This document shows positions 51,566-63,140 of a stretch of DNA of 64,000 nucleotides, in pieces. Numbering within the stretch: position 1 is the first letter of the stretch; every line of letters starts with the position of its first letter. The notes beneath the pieces are model-generated. The model was not told where the DNA came from. It saw only the letters and a list, made by a program, of their open reading frames with translations, and ran no database searches. The DNA is from Vitrella brassicaformis CCMP3155 (Eukaryota; Protista; Chromerida): assembly GCA_001179505.1 (NCBI GenBank), contig CDMY01000239.1, positions 89,737 through 153,736 of the forward strand. Direction: 5' to 3'. The translations under genes and the position numbers were made by a program.

Positions 51566-54500
51566 TCAGATGAAGAAGGTGAGGAAGAACCAGTTGGCCT
51601 CCTGCGGGTCGATGGCGAAATCCTCAACGGCACTGGCGTCAACTGCCAAACTCATCGCCACATCATGCGCCTGCAAACACGCAGTGAAAGGAAAAGCACC
51701 GCACACACACACGGCACACAGAGTGTGTGTGATGCCCATGATGGGGGCGATGGGTGTGATGTGATGTCACGTGTGCAGGCACGTCTGGTACGTACCATTT
51801 GGTTGACTTGTGGGTTGCTGTACATGAGTTCCATGAGCTTCTGCGCCGTCTCACCGTGGGTGGCCTGCGCCTTGGCCAACGCCATGTCCCCCAACGCCAC
51901 CGATGTCCTAACACACACACACACACACACACACATACAGACAGACGGACACGGAAACCACACAATGATTGCAATCCAGGTAGGTACTCCCCCCTCCCCA
52001 AGATGCATGCGCAACACAACACCTACGCACCTGCGTTCGTCATAGTCGGGTGTCTTGTCTCTGTCGACCATGAATGCGACCTTGGTGGTGTCGTGGGCCG
52101 CCTTGACCGCAACGCGCTCGCCGCTCCTCACGCGGATCTCCTCGACAAACTGACACGCCTGCCGAATAGACCGCGACCGCACGTACTCCCGACCATCGCC
52201 TCCTGCCCGCATCTCTTGTGTGCCTGGGGGGGTCCTGCACCAGTGGGCGTCGGGGGCTGTGGTGATGCCCGTGTGTTCGTCGAGGTCGATGTTGAACCAG
52301 AAGGCCACCGCGTTGAGGGTGCCGTCCTCCTGGATCTTCAGCTTCATGTCGCGGACGGCGCGCTGCGGCTCCTGCAGAAGACCCACACGACCTGAAACAC
52401 AAAGCGCACGACCATTCGTGTCTGTCTGTCTGTGTGTGGCTGTGTGTGTGTCTGTGTGTCTGACTCACTGAGGTCAAAGTCGAAGAGCAGCCTCGGTTCG
52501 GACAGCGGCTTGAAGGCTGCATGGTCCCCCCCGTCGCTGAGGTCCACAGCCGAGTGCTCGCCCTGCACATAGCGGTACGTCCCCCAGGCACTGACGTCCA
52601 GCCCCTCGTACTCTCGCGGACCCATCTCCCCGCCCACACAATACACACGGGCGCGGCAGGGCATCGTGACGGCATCCCCTCCCAGAAGGGAGGTCCATGC
52701 CTGGTGCCAGAGGGGTAGGAGGCCGTCCCCCAGCAGCCCCACATCGGATGGCAGCCCCACGAGCATGTCGATGACGCCGGGCAGCTCATCGAGGGGGTCT
52801 GCGGGCGGAGGGGGCGGCTGCGGGCCCTGCGGGGCGCCCGCTTCCGCCTTCTCCTGGTCGAGCTGGATCTCACCCTTCTCCACAAGCTCGTCGAACTGCT
52901 TCTTGCGCGCCTCATAGTTGCGCATGAGAATGCTCATGGGCGGGCGGAGCTGCCGGATGTCCTTTGGCAGGAAGGTGAGCCGCTCGCCCAGGGATGGCGG
53001 CTTGAGCTCCTTCCTCCTGAGGCTGTCGCGCTTCCTCCTCTTCTCTCGTCGCCGGCGTCTCCTCAGCTGCTTCTCCTCGTCGTCGGTGTCGGTGTCGTCC
53101 GAGTCGCTGAAGAACCCCCGGTCCTTCTCGTCATCGAGATCCTCCTCCCCGACATCAGGCTCGTTCTCGTCTGCCTGCGTCACCCTCTCCTCTCCCCCAT
53201 TATCCTGCGGCTCTTCTCCCGTCGACTTGGGCAGCCGCGCGTACTCGAGCAGCGTCGGCTCATTGGCCTTTGCGACTCGCCTGCCAAGGTGGGTGAGCGA
53301 TGGCATCGGGTCGGCAGCGATGATCTTGAGCCTCGGTGCTGCACTCTGGACCTTGGCCTTGGGCTCCAGCCACCTCGACCCGACCTGAGATGCGATGAGG
53401 GGGAGGATGGAGGGACCGGCCGATGGGGCGAGCACGTGGAGGGAGGGGGCAGTGCTGCGCCAGTCGCTGTGGTGCTTGGCCGCCAGACGGGAAGACAGAA
53501 CACGCTTCAGAGCGTCCCGGAACGCTGAGAGGAGCCGAAGGGAGGAGGTGTGTCGAGTGAGTATGTGCTGGCATGTGTGGTGTCTACCTTGGAGGACAGG
53601 TTGGTCGCTCATGATGTCCAGCTGCCACCGAGGGATGGTCGACGACCGCACACACACCGGAGACTCCACAGGCGACACTACCCTGTGAGACACAAAACCG
53701 ATTCCTCCGTTGCTCAGTCGCATCCCCACCGTCCCGTCATTTGTCCTCTTACTTGAATCGTATGTTGGTGGCCGTCTGCTTTGCGCTGACACGCACCACA
53801 TGGCCCACTTTGTCGACCTGCACCTCGTCCAGCCACTGCACACACTGCCGCCAGCCGGCCTTGCCCAGCGAGGTCTGGCCCATGTCTGCCGCCACCACGT
53901 CGGCCGCCTGCTTGGGGAAGCTGTGGGCGAGGAGGGTCGACTGGGCCGTGTGGAGGGAGAAGGACAGGAGGATGGCGTGCACCGGCCCTGGGGTGGTCAC
54001 AGCGATGTCTAGCTCGGCTGTGCGGGCCGTCAGAGGGAGCGCCTGATGTATCAGCCAATGCATCGACACATGACACAAACGACACATGATGCGTGGGAGA
54101 GTGGGTTTGGTGGGAGGGCGTGGTGTCCTCAGGTAGGTACGTACCTCATCTAGCTGTTCGAGCGGCGCATCGAAGTCGAATGAGAAGACTTCTGTGGGCT
54201 TTGAGACGATCTTGATGTGTTGTCCGAGCCCGCCCCGAGTGCAGTCCATGTCGACGGCCTCCCCATTGGGCCCCCACAGCAGGTCCCTCACCGCCGAGTA
54301 GTCCAGCTCCACCACTGGACAGCCCCTCTCCGGCTCCTTTGGGTCAGCATCCTCCTGAACGCGCACCGTTGGGCCATCCAGCCGCGCCAAAGAGGCGTAC
54401 ACCACAGCCCTGATAGATACATACAGCAATCAATGGACAGACACACACACCACACCACATCCACACGAGCACAAGGCATGAAACGCGAGTGAGATAGATA

Positions 54501-56090
54501 GAGAAGTCTTGCGCGTCTCGGTCGGTCGTGACGGACCTGGCAGGCAGGACGGTGGGATGCTTGACGGTGAGGTTCTGCCTTGCGTGGCGGACGGCGCTGA
54601 TGAGCTTCCTCCCCAGGAGCCCCTCATCCATCATGTCGGCGTCGATCACCAGCGCCTCTGCAGGCTCCTCCAGCTCGCACAGCGCCTTCTGCAGCACCGA
54701 CACGCCACTGGCACTCGACGACGACGATGACGATGGCTGGGGCTCGTCTGCAGGGTGAAGGGAGGGTGGGGATGCGCTGCAGGAGACGTCTTCGGGCCGT
54801 TTGCGGACGACCATTACTTCACGCTCGAGGCCGTTGGCCTGCAGCAACCCGGGCAACGCCGAGTCTGCCCCACAGACAAAACCAACACAAAAGAAGCGAC
54901 GACACGACGGGAGAGATGGTTCGGTTCGGTTCGGTTCACCCCCCCACCCTCCACCCACCAGCCCCATCCATCCGTCCTACTGGCTGACTCGGCTCACCGA
55001 GATATCTGGCAGGTGAAGCAGTGCAGGCCACGATGGGCGGCCCCTCGCCCTCCTTCCTGGCATCCCTCCCCACGCCTAGCGCCTTGAGCTCCCTCGCGGC
55101 CACCAGCACCGGCACACCGCACCCAGTCCCCACAAACAGCCACGGCAGCCGCGGGGCGGACCTGTCGGCCAGCGAACGGGCCATCTGCTGCAGCTCGCCG
55201 CCCCACGCCCGTGGCAGGTCGGACGAGAGAAGACCGAGTTGACGTCTGGGCACACGGAGGTCGCTCGCAACCTGTGGTCAGTCAGCAATTCACTCACGTC
55301 CGTGCCGTCTGTCTGTGTGCGTGCTGTGATGCGATGCGATAGAGTGGGTGAATGGGATGGGTGGGTGTGGGGCTACGTACGCTACCTGTAGGTAGCTGCA
55401 TATGGCGAGTGCGGCTTGGTCCTTCTCTGTGGGCTTCCTCTTGCGTGTCTTGTCCTTCAAGTTGGACAGGGGGTAGAGGGCGGACGCGCTGCCGTCGAAC
55501 ACCACACTCGGGTTGAAGGCGTGGATTGGCATGTGGCCCGGGTCGATCTTCTTGCCTGACCATCGATCCATCAATCAATGAACCACACACCGATCCGATC
55601 TGATCTGATCTGATCTGTGTGAACGTGTATGTTGGTTGGCTTATGTGACGTGGGCTGGCTATGTTGCTGACCTCCGAGCATGGCCTCAAGTTGTGCGGGG
55701 TCGATGCCCTGCCTCGCCGCCTCAGGGGTGAGCTCGATGACGGGCTCCACCGGCCCCTGAGGAGCCACCGAGTCGGGGTCGATGATCGATTCAAACCTGT
55801 GCACACACACGGGGGGAGCGAGGGAGCGAGGGAGCGAGGGAGGGAGGGAGGGATGCAATCAAATCGAAGCTGCGCTCTATGGCATGTTCCTCCTCACCGT
55901 TTGTAGTCGACTGTGACCCTCTGTATGTTCTTCTCGTGAGTGTGTTCATGCTGACTCTTGGCCTGCCACTTCTGGAGCTCCTCGTTGTCGGGATCCTTCT
56001 TGAGGCCCGCCTGGAACACCCGCGACGCGTCGGCCTTGTGGCCCATCTCGTACAAGGCACGACCCACGCGAAAGTAACCCTGCACACACC

Positions 56091-56121
<31 letters not shown>

Positions 56122-56662
56122 TACACATGGACAGATGAGATGAGATGCGGTCATCTAAGCATCGACACGGACCGTTGGGTATGGTGGTCTACGTACGTAC
56201 GGCTGTATGCTATGTCAGATGTCTGACCTTTGGCCACTGTGCGTCGGCTTTGACGGCTTCCAGGCCGGCCTCGAATGCCTTGGTCCACTGCTTGAGGCCG
56301 GCGTAGCACGCTGAGATGTTAGACCAGATCTTCTGCTTCTCGTCCGTACCAGCCAGCACCTAAACACACACACACACACACACCCCGTATGTCAGACACC
56401 CGTTCTCACATGCCAGGTTTGCTTTGGTTCGTTGCACCCCACGCACCCAGGTGACCTGGTCATAGTACTCGATAGCCTTGTGGTAGTTGCCCTTCCTGAA
56501 CTCATCGGTGGCCAGCTGCTTGGTCTGGTGCGTGGCCTGGTGCAAGAGCTCCGGCTGCGTCCGCTCCAGCCGCTGAAGCTGCTTCTGCAGGTAGTCCATG
56601 TCGCCCGACCCCACCGCCTGCATCATCTGCTTGTACTTGTCCTCCAGCCGACGACCGTCCAT
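51566..56662 (-). CDS. TPR-containing protein with two PRMT7/PRMT9-like methyltransferase modules; active-site motifs degenerate
   Basis: TPRs (DEFRKGNYHKAIEYYDQ, WSNISACY, WPKGYFRVGRAL). PRMT barrel motifs PTEVFSFDF/EPRLLFDFDL, GTLNAVAFWFNIDLD and WRQCVQWL/RQACQFV. Double-E-loop-like DEGLLG and DVGLLGDG. Confidence 0.82.
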
Positions 56663-56786
56663 CTTGCAAGGAAGGCTCAATCGCCCTGCCGAGCGGAGAT
56701 CTTTGGAGCAAAACAGACGGGGAGGATGATCAGAGGACGCCAACCACTGGGGACAAAAGAGAGAGGGAGTTACGATAGAGATCAGA

Positions 56787-56817
56787 AAGCTCGCAAACCT
56801 GCAAGCTCAGAGCTCGC
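56787..56817 (-). promoter_or_regulatory. two GCGAGCTY motifs upstream of the TPR-PRMT gene
   Basis: + strand AAGCTCGC at 56787-56794 and GAGCTCGC at 56810-56817, about 125-155 bp upstream of the ATG at 56662. Confidence 0.45.
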
Positions 56818-57303
56818 ACCTGAAACCGCTGGAAAACCACAGCGGAACGGGCTCTTTTAGCGTGTGAGGCCATGTAGCGGCTGGTCTGACAGAATGGATG
56901 AGTCAACCGGCGGCTGGCCTCTGTTTTGACGACATTTCAACATTCTCATTGCTCCGCTGCCGGCGCCTCTGCCACTGTGAGGGAGGCCACAGCCGGCGAC
57001 CGTCGACATTGTCGGGTGAGATGATGACTGACGCACTCACTGGTCACTCACTCACTGGACGAGGGTCGGGAGGGAAGGATGGAATGGATGAATGCCATTG
57101 GCTGGTGTCCGTGTGTGGCTCCTGTGTGGATGGTGTGGGTAACAGATCTGAGCCTGCACCTGACGGAGCGTTGAGAAGTGGCTACTGGCTCATCTGCCTG
57201 CAGTGGGGTCACGGCTGTTGGCGTGTGAGTGGCCCGAGGCAGCGGACGAGTGAGTTGGTTTAGCACATCGTCATATCGTCATGGATTTGACGCAGGTCGG
57301 TGA

Positions 57304-60248
57304 ATGACGAGCAGCACATGTCAAAAGGACCTGGACAGAACTCATCCCTCCGATGTGTGTGTGTGTTTTGGTGCAGCTTGTCGCGAATGCCCAGTCTTTG
57401 AAGGCGGGCTGTGTGCAGCTGCGGGACGAGTTAGATCAGGTACGATTACCTTACACATCCATCACACGAAGGCCTTCATCAGTGAAGCAAGCCCCGCGCG
57501 CTGTGTGTTTCCCGTCCGTCTGGCGTCTGCAAATCATCGCACAGGTGTCACACGTCGAGCAGCACCAGGACCACATCGCCACACAGGTATGTAACCGGCA
57601 CACACGTGGCCACGTGTAGAAGCAATTCGGACGCCGACGCCCTTGGAATCGCTCTCACACGTCGGCTGCCGTGTGTGTGTGTCATGACGTAGGCGGCTTC
57701 CCCATCGGCATTGCTGTTGAGTCATCAGCTGGGCTCGATGGCATCTGTGGTGCGGCTGGCCACTGCCCAGCTGCAGGAGGGGCATCCCAGCCTCGCCACG
57801 GCAGTGGCGGCACTCACACCGACCAGTGAGGCGGCGGCGGCGAGTGAAGACACCAACGCACAGCAGGTGACGGGGCAGACCAAAAGACACTCAGTGTGAT
57901 CGACAGTGACATTTGTTTGTGTGCTGCACGTCACTGTGGCACTGCAGGTGTCCGTAGCCACCAGACCATCATACCGTCAGATCCACTGGAGCGGCCAGCA
58001 TCCGCCCATCGATGAGAATCCAGTAGGAGTCACAAACGATGAGTCTCACATGTCAAACCATCACCTGTGCGTCTTGTCGCTGTCTGCCTGCCACTCTATA
58101 GGCTCGTCGTTGCCTCTCCCGCGACACCCTCGCCATCGTCTTCGGCCACCTGCAGCCGTGGGAACTGACCCCGATCCGCCCCGCACTCGGCGCGTCCCTA
58201 TTCACCCAATCGGCCGCCAACTACACCCACATCAGCATCGACTGCGAGGACAACACGGCGCGGCGCATGTGGGAGGCCATGCCCATCTCTGTGGCGCACA
58301 AGTGGGGCGAGAGGGCCTCACGCATTCGGCAGCTCAAGCACCGCTTCCCCGACTACCCCCTGTGGTGCCGGGGGTGGTGCCGGGGGTGGTGCCGGGGCAC
58401 TTGGGTGAGTGTCGTAGAGGGTCATGCGGGCGGTCGAGCGGCACTGGCGGCCGACAAGAAGAGAAGACGGCAGCAGGGAGGCGGTGCTGCGGCTGCTGCT
58501 GGGGCAGCAGTGGACGACGGTGACGAGCCGTCGGACGATGAGGGCACACTGGAGGTGCTGACCTTCGAGGACGTCGGGCTGCACCACAGCATCCGCATCC
58601 CCAACCCTCCGCCCTCATCTGATTTGCCGCCCGTCCCCTCCGCCCCCGTCCGCCTCCCCGCACTCACGACCGTCAAGGACATCCCCAACGAGTGTGCGGC
58701 CGCTCGCGTGGGCCGCAGCTGGCAGACACCTAATGTGAAGACATTCAGCCACAGCTGTGGCTTGTCCAGTGGCCGCAATGGTTTCAAGGCATGGCTGGCC
58801 GACTGCTGCGAGACGATCGAGGTGCTGACCAGTGGTTATCGTGGCACTGCGNNNNNNNNNNNNNNNNNNNNNNNNNNNNNNNNNNNNNNNNNNNNNNNNN
58901 NNNNNNNNNNNNNNNNNNNNNNNNNNNNNNNNNNNNNNNNNNNNNNNNNNNNNNNNNNNNNNNNNNNNNNNNNNNNNNNNNNNNNNNNNNNNNNNNNNNN
59001 NNNNNNNNNNNNNNNNNNNNNNNNNNNNNNNNNNNNNNNNNNNNNNNNNNNNNNNNNNNNNNNNNNNNNNNNNNNNNNNNNNNNNNNNNNNNNNNNNNNN
59101 NNNNNNNNNNNNNNNNNNNNNNNNNNNNNNNNNNNNNNNNNNNNNNNNNNNGAAGCTGAGGAGCGCCGTCCAGCTGAGGTGAGAAGTACGAGATGCGACA
59201 AAAACAGAGAGCAACAGTAAAGCGGTGCTGTGGTGTGTGTTTCTGTGGTCACTTAGGGATGCAATAGCGCAGCCAGCGGCCCTGTCCGAGCCCACCATCG
59301 ACTGGGGTGGCGGACACGGACAAACCAAGGTGAAGCTCCTGTCCGGTACCACAGAACCCGCCGTCCAGAAGGTGCTGGCCCATCTCGCCAAGACGGCCGC
59401 CACCCTCACCTACGACGGGCACGACGAGCCCCACCCCGCACCCATCAGTGACGACACATTCCCCGCCGCCCACGAGTTTCGTCTCAGAGACGATGCTCTC
59501 GCGACCGAAGACAAGAAGAGGCGGGCGATCGAGGTGGCCTCGCACATGCCCAACCTGACCACAATCTCGGCAGCGCACGTGCAGGTGCATCCGATCACGC
59601 AGCACGGCGTCCTGACGGGCGGGGTCGGGCCGCTGTCGAAGGTGTGGGGCTTCCTGGAGGGGCTGCAGTCAGAGTGGGTCAGCAAGGGGGAGGGCGAGAG
59701 GAGCGTGGGCACGGTGTCCCTCGAGCTGAGAGCTGGAGACCTAGCGGCCGAGCTGAGACAGGGCAGCCGGATGGCTGACGCTGCGGCGAGCCCATTTCTG
59801 TGGAGCCGTCTTGAGAAGATGCCCAGTGTCGAGACCGTGCGTATGCACATTGGTGGTAAGGATGAGGGGGAGGCACAGATGTCACATTGGTGGAGCTCTG
59901 TGACAGGAGGATTGGATGGCGATGCCCATTTTGATGAGTTCTACACGAACGTCATGGACCTGGTCGTTTCGTCCACAGAGCAGAAGGTCCGCCAGCCATT
60001 CCACATCGCACAACACACGATAAGGAACAGCAGAGGGGGATGGTGTGGACGGACGACTGTGCTTTGGCTATGTGTAGCGTCACAAGAACACCGAAGTCGG
60101 CTTCACACGGATCTTCAGAAACTTCGACGCTGCCGACCGATTCCGCCAGCGGCTCCAGTCGCAGTCCGCCCACCTTAATCTCAATGGCGGACCGTGTCGG
60201 CTTTACATGGCCGGCAACGTGCTGCACGCGAAGCGCCGCATACAGTGA
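57304..60248 (+). CDS. lineage-specific family copy C; start uncertain; internal gap
   Basis: Open exons (WEAMPISVAHKWGERASRIRQL..., AIAQPAALSEPTIDWG..., RHKNTEVGFTRIF...AKRRIQ*) are paralogous to copies A and B. Stop TGA at 60246-60248. Confidence 0.65.
58852..59151. other. assembly gap (300 N); the homologous interval in copy B is only about 195 nt
   Basis: Flanks match copy B at ~18545 and ~18351, indicating that 300 is a placeholder length. Confidence 0.95.
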
Positions 60249-61899
60249 TGGGATCGACCATCGAGCAGGTGCGAGGAGGGAGGGAAAGGGCGGCACACAG
60301 CGCTGCACGGGAAAATCAACACATGAGCACCGTCTGTTGCCTGTCTCGTCCCATCAGATGGGCCTAGTGCTGGCGGCTGGTGTGGCTGCGGTAGTAGATG
60401 GATTGATGGTGGCATACATGGGTAGCAGATGGATGGATGGATGGATGGAAGCTTGGCAGCCTCTAACGGATTGATCCAGTCTTGTACCGACAGCCCCCGA
60501 TTGTGCGTGTGTGTGCGTATGGACCGGTGTGTTGTGTGCCTGCGTGTCGAATCACATGCAATCAGTGGGTGTCAGTTGACGCATGCATTAGATGAGGCAA
60601 TCCAGTGGGCACCGTCACACATGCATCCAGACGGGCTCGAGGGTCGAGCCATTCATACCAGTAGGCTGGTCCGTGTCGTCCGCCCACGCGCACACACACA
60701 ACGACACGCAATCCAGCAGAGGAACATGCCACGCGGATGGCACTCCATCCAGACACAGACCACGCACGTGATGCCTGACAGTGTGGTGATCACTGTGGAA
60801 GGTGTCAGTCTATCCGGTAGATGCTCGACGGTCACCTCACATAGAGAGCGATGACCATCACTCAATGTGTGTAACGTGGAGATCGAACACTTCACAGTCA
60901 GCACACCAACACACGATGGATGCACACCAAAGCAAACCAAACATCTGACACACACGAACGAACGCAACACCGCGGCTCTCTCTCTCTTCGGGCCCCCTCT
61001 CACTCACTCACTCACCCACACAATCGACACGCACAAAAGCCGTAAGAGCAGACAGTGCACAGCACACATTGATCTGGTCGACGTGTGTGTGTGTGTCTTA
61101 AGAGACATGCATGGCACACCCACCCGTCCTTCTCATCCACTCGATGTACTCTACACAGACATCGATGTGTGGGAGTTTCGTCTCACTGTCAGTCAGTGTG
61201 CTCACTGCTCACATCATCATCGCACTTCAGTGGCGCGCGTGTGTCCATTTCCCTCTGTGGGCATCTCTGTCGCCGCCCGGCAACCCCAAAGCACCAACAC
61301 CCTTCGTGGGCTGACGCTCTTGGATTGCAGGGGAGGGATAGAGACGGCCACAAAGAGAGATAGGAGAACACACGCATGCAGCAAAACCGAAGACACGATA
61401 ACAGACAGAACACAGAACAGTCTCTGTCTCCCCTTCCCACACACACACATAGACAGCCAGGCAGGCTAACGGACAGACAGACAGGCCAGCTTACAGCCAT
61501 GATGGCGACACACGGGCAGACAGACAGGAAAATGACAGACAGAGAAAGTGGCAGCGTACGCAAAACTGATAGAGAGGCACAGAAGACACATCAGTGTCTG
61601 TGTGTGTGTGTGTCGGTCTGTCTGTTCGTCTGTTTGTGAGCCGGCCGTGTGTGACGGATGCACCGACGAGAGATCACGACACTCTCGCGAGCAACCATCA
61701 CCAGTGAGCGTCGCACAGCCAGACGGCAGCCCGAACACCGCCCCACATAGCGATTCTCTGTTCAGCCAATCAGCCAATCGTCCCCTTCTCTGTCTGTCTG
61801 TCTGTCATATTTCCCCCGCCCCCCACTCACCGGCCCACACACTCACGGCAGCAGACGGCCCACACGCAAAACCCCACACAGTCCACACAGAGAGAAAAG

Positions 61900-63140
61900 G
61901 CCGACCAACACACAACAGCCGTCCCCTCACACACACAGAGCGACAGACAGAGAGAGAGAGAGAGAGACAGAGAGGGAGTCCGTCGACTCATCGGCCGATC
62001 ATCCTGCCTCCCACACACAAATGGATCGACACACACCCACACACACACACACACAGACGAGCAGCACTCAGCAGCGGTGGGGGAGAGGGCAATCGCGCCA
62101 CTCGACGGCCGCATCGTCCCCATCAGCGCGGCGAAGCCATCCGCCACTGAGCCAGACAGCCACACCTGCACACAGACAGACAGACAGACATCTATGTGTG
62201 TCAGATGCCTTTGTTTGTGCCGGCACACCACAGAGTGTCAGTGTCGTTTGCTGTCGATCGGCACACCACAGAGTGGCCAGGCCATTGTGTCTTCCGCTCC
62301 GCCGATGGGCACAGCTCATCGCCTCAACGCCTGACACACACACACAGACGACAGACAGCAGATGTGCCGCCAGCGTCTCATTCATGGACCCCTTCAGCTC
62401 ACCTCCCCCTCCCTCCCTCCCCCCCCCTAGCTGTCTGTCTGTCTATCTGTGCGGTCCGTACCATCGCTGACAGCCTCGAGAGAGAGAGAGAGCGCCACAC
62501 CTAAGTCAGATCTGTCTCGTTGTGTGTTGCTGTCGTCAGCTGGCGGCCACATACATCTCCCTCGTCAGTCAGCCAGACGAAGACCTTCATGCAGGCGCTT
62601 CACCAATATTTACCGACAGGGGAGCTCTCGCAGCTCCTTCATCTCGTGATCTCTTCATCAGCCGGGGCGGATGGAGCGTGCGTGGTGATTCCTGTTGCTG
62701 TGTCCTGGGCAGCTGCAAAGTCAGCCACAGGGCGAGGCGAATGAATGAAGATGTGAATCCGCCATGGGGTCAGTCAACCCACGTGCAGATAGATGAATGA
62801 ATCCCGCATCGGGCATGGGCGCGTGTCTGTCGTGTTGGTGGTTGGTCAGCCACCAATCTTCATACTTAAAAGAGTGGGGCAGGCGGGGCAGACAGACACC
62901 GCCGCATCAATCACTCGGCTGCGACAGCACCTGCCGAGGGGAAACAGATTGACACAAGCACTCATCTCCTTATCTCTGCGTCTGCAAGAGGGTCTTGTGG
63001 AGGCAGGCGTGTGGACCTTGCGCACCTGACAGACAGACAGACAGACAGACAGACAGATGATGGCTTCAATCAGCTGTGTGCGTGGCCTTCCTGTGAGCCT
63101 CTGCGTTTTGCTCCCCCTGTGCACGTCTAAGCTCGCAGGG
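61900..63140 (-). other. possible spliced minus-strand transcript without a clear long ORF
   Basis: Acceptor-like (CTGT)n..CAG sites on the - strand at ~63028 and ~62166, with a GCGAGCTT motif upstream at 63129-63136. Confidence 0.2.

Larger units (their letters stand above)
56853..60632 (+). repeat. right arm of the inverted segmental duplication (partner 15164-20535)
   Basis: Reverse-complement match. Similarity ends at ATGCATCCAGAC 60632 versus GTCTGGATGCAT 15164. Confidence 0.92.

Noticed and set aside
24585-56662. Functional PRMT-Piwi module (arginine methylation of Piwi)
   Set aside because: That pathway uses PRMT5 and RG-rich Piwi N-termini. This PRMT is PRMT7/9-like and degenerate, the Argonaute lacks RG repeats, and the genes are ~21 kb apart.
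17523-59151. Equal 300-nt N runs as a biological pattern
   Set aside because: Scaffolding placeholders. Comparison with copy B suggests the real length of the 58852 gap is about 195 nt.
15164-60632. Giant transposon (Maverick/Polinton-like) with long terminal inverted repeats
   Set aside because: No transposase, integrase, polymerase or capsid gene seen. The interior genes are intron-rich host genes and no target-site duplication was identified.
15164-60632. Inverted arms forming one fold-back dsRNA that feeds the enclosed Argonaute
   Set aside because: The arms are ~36 kb apart and transcribed outward as separate units. Nothing in the sequence supports a single read-through transcript.
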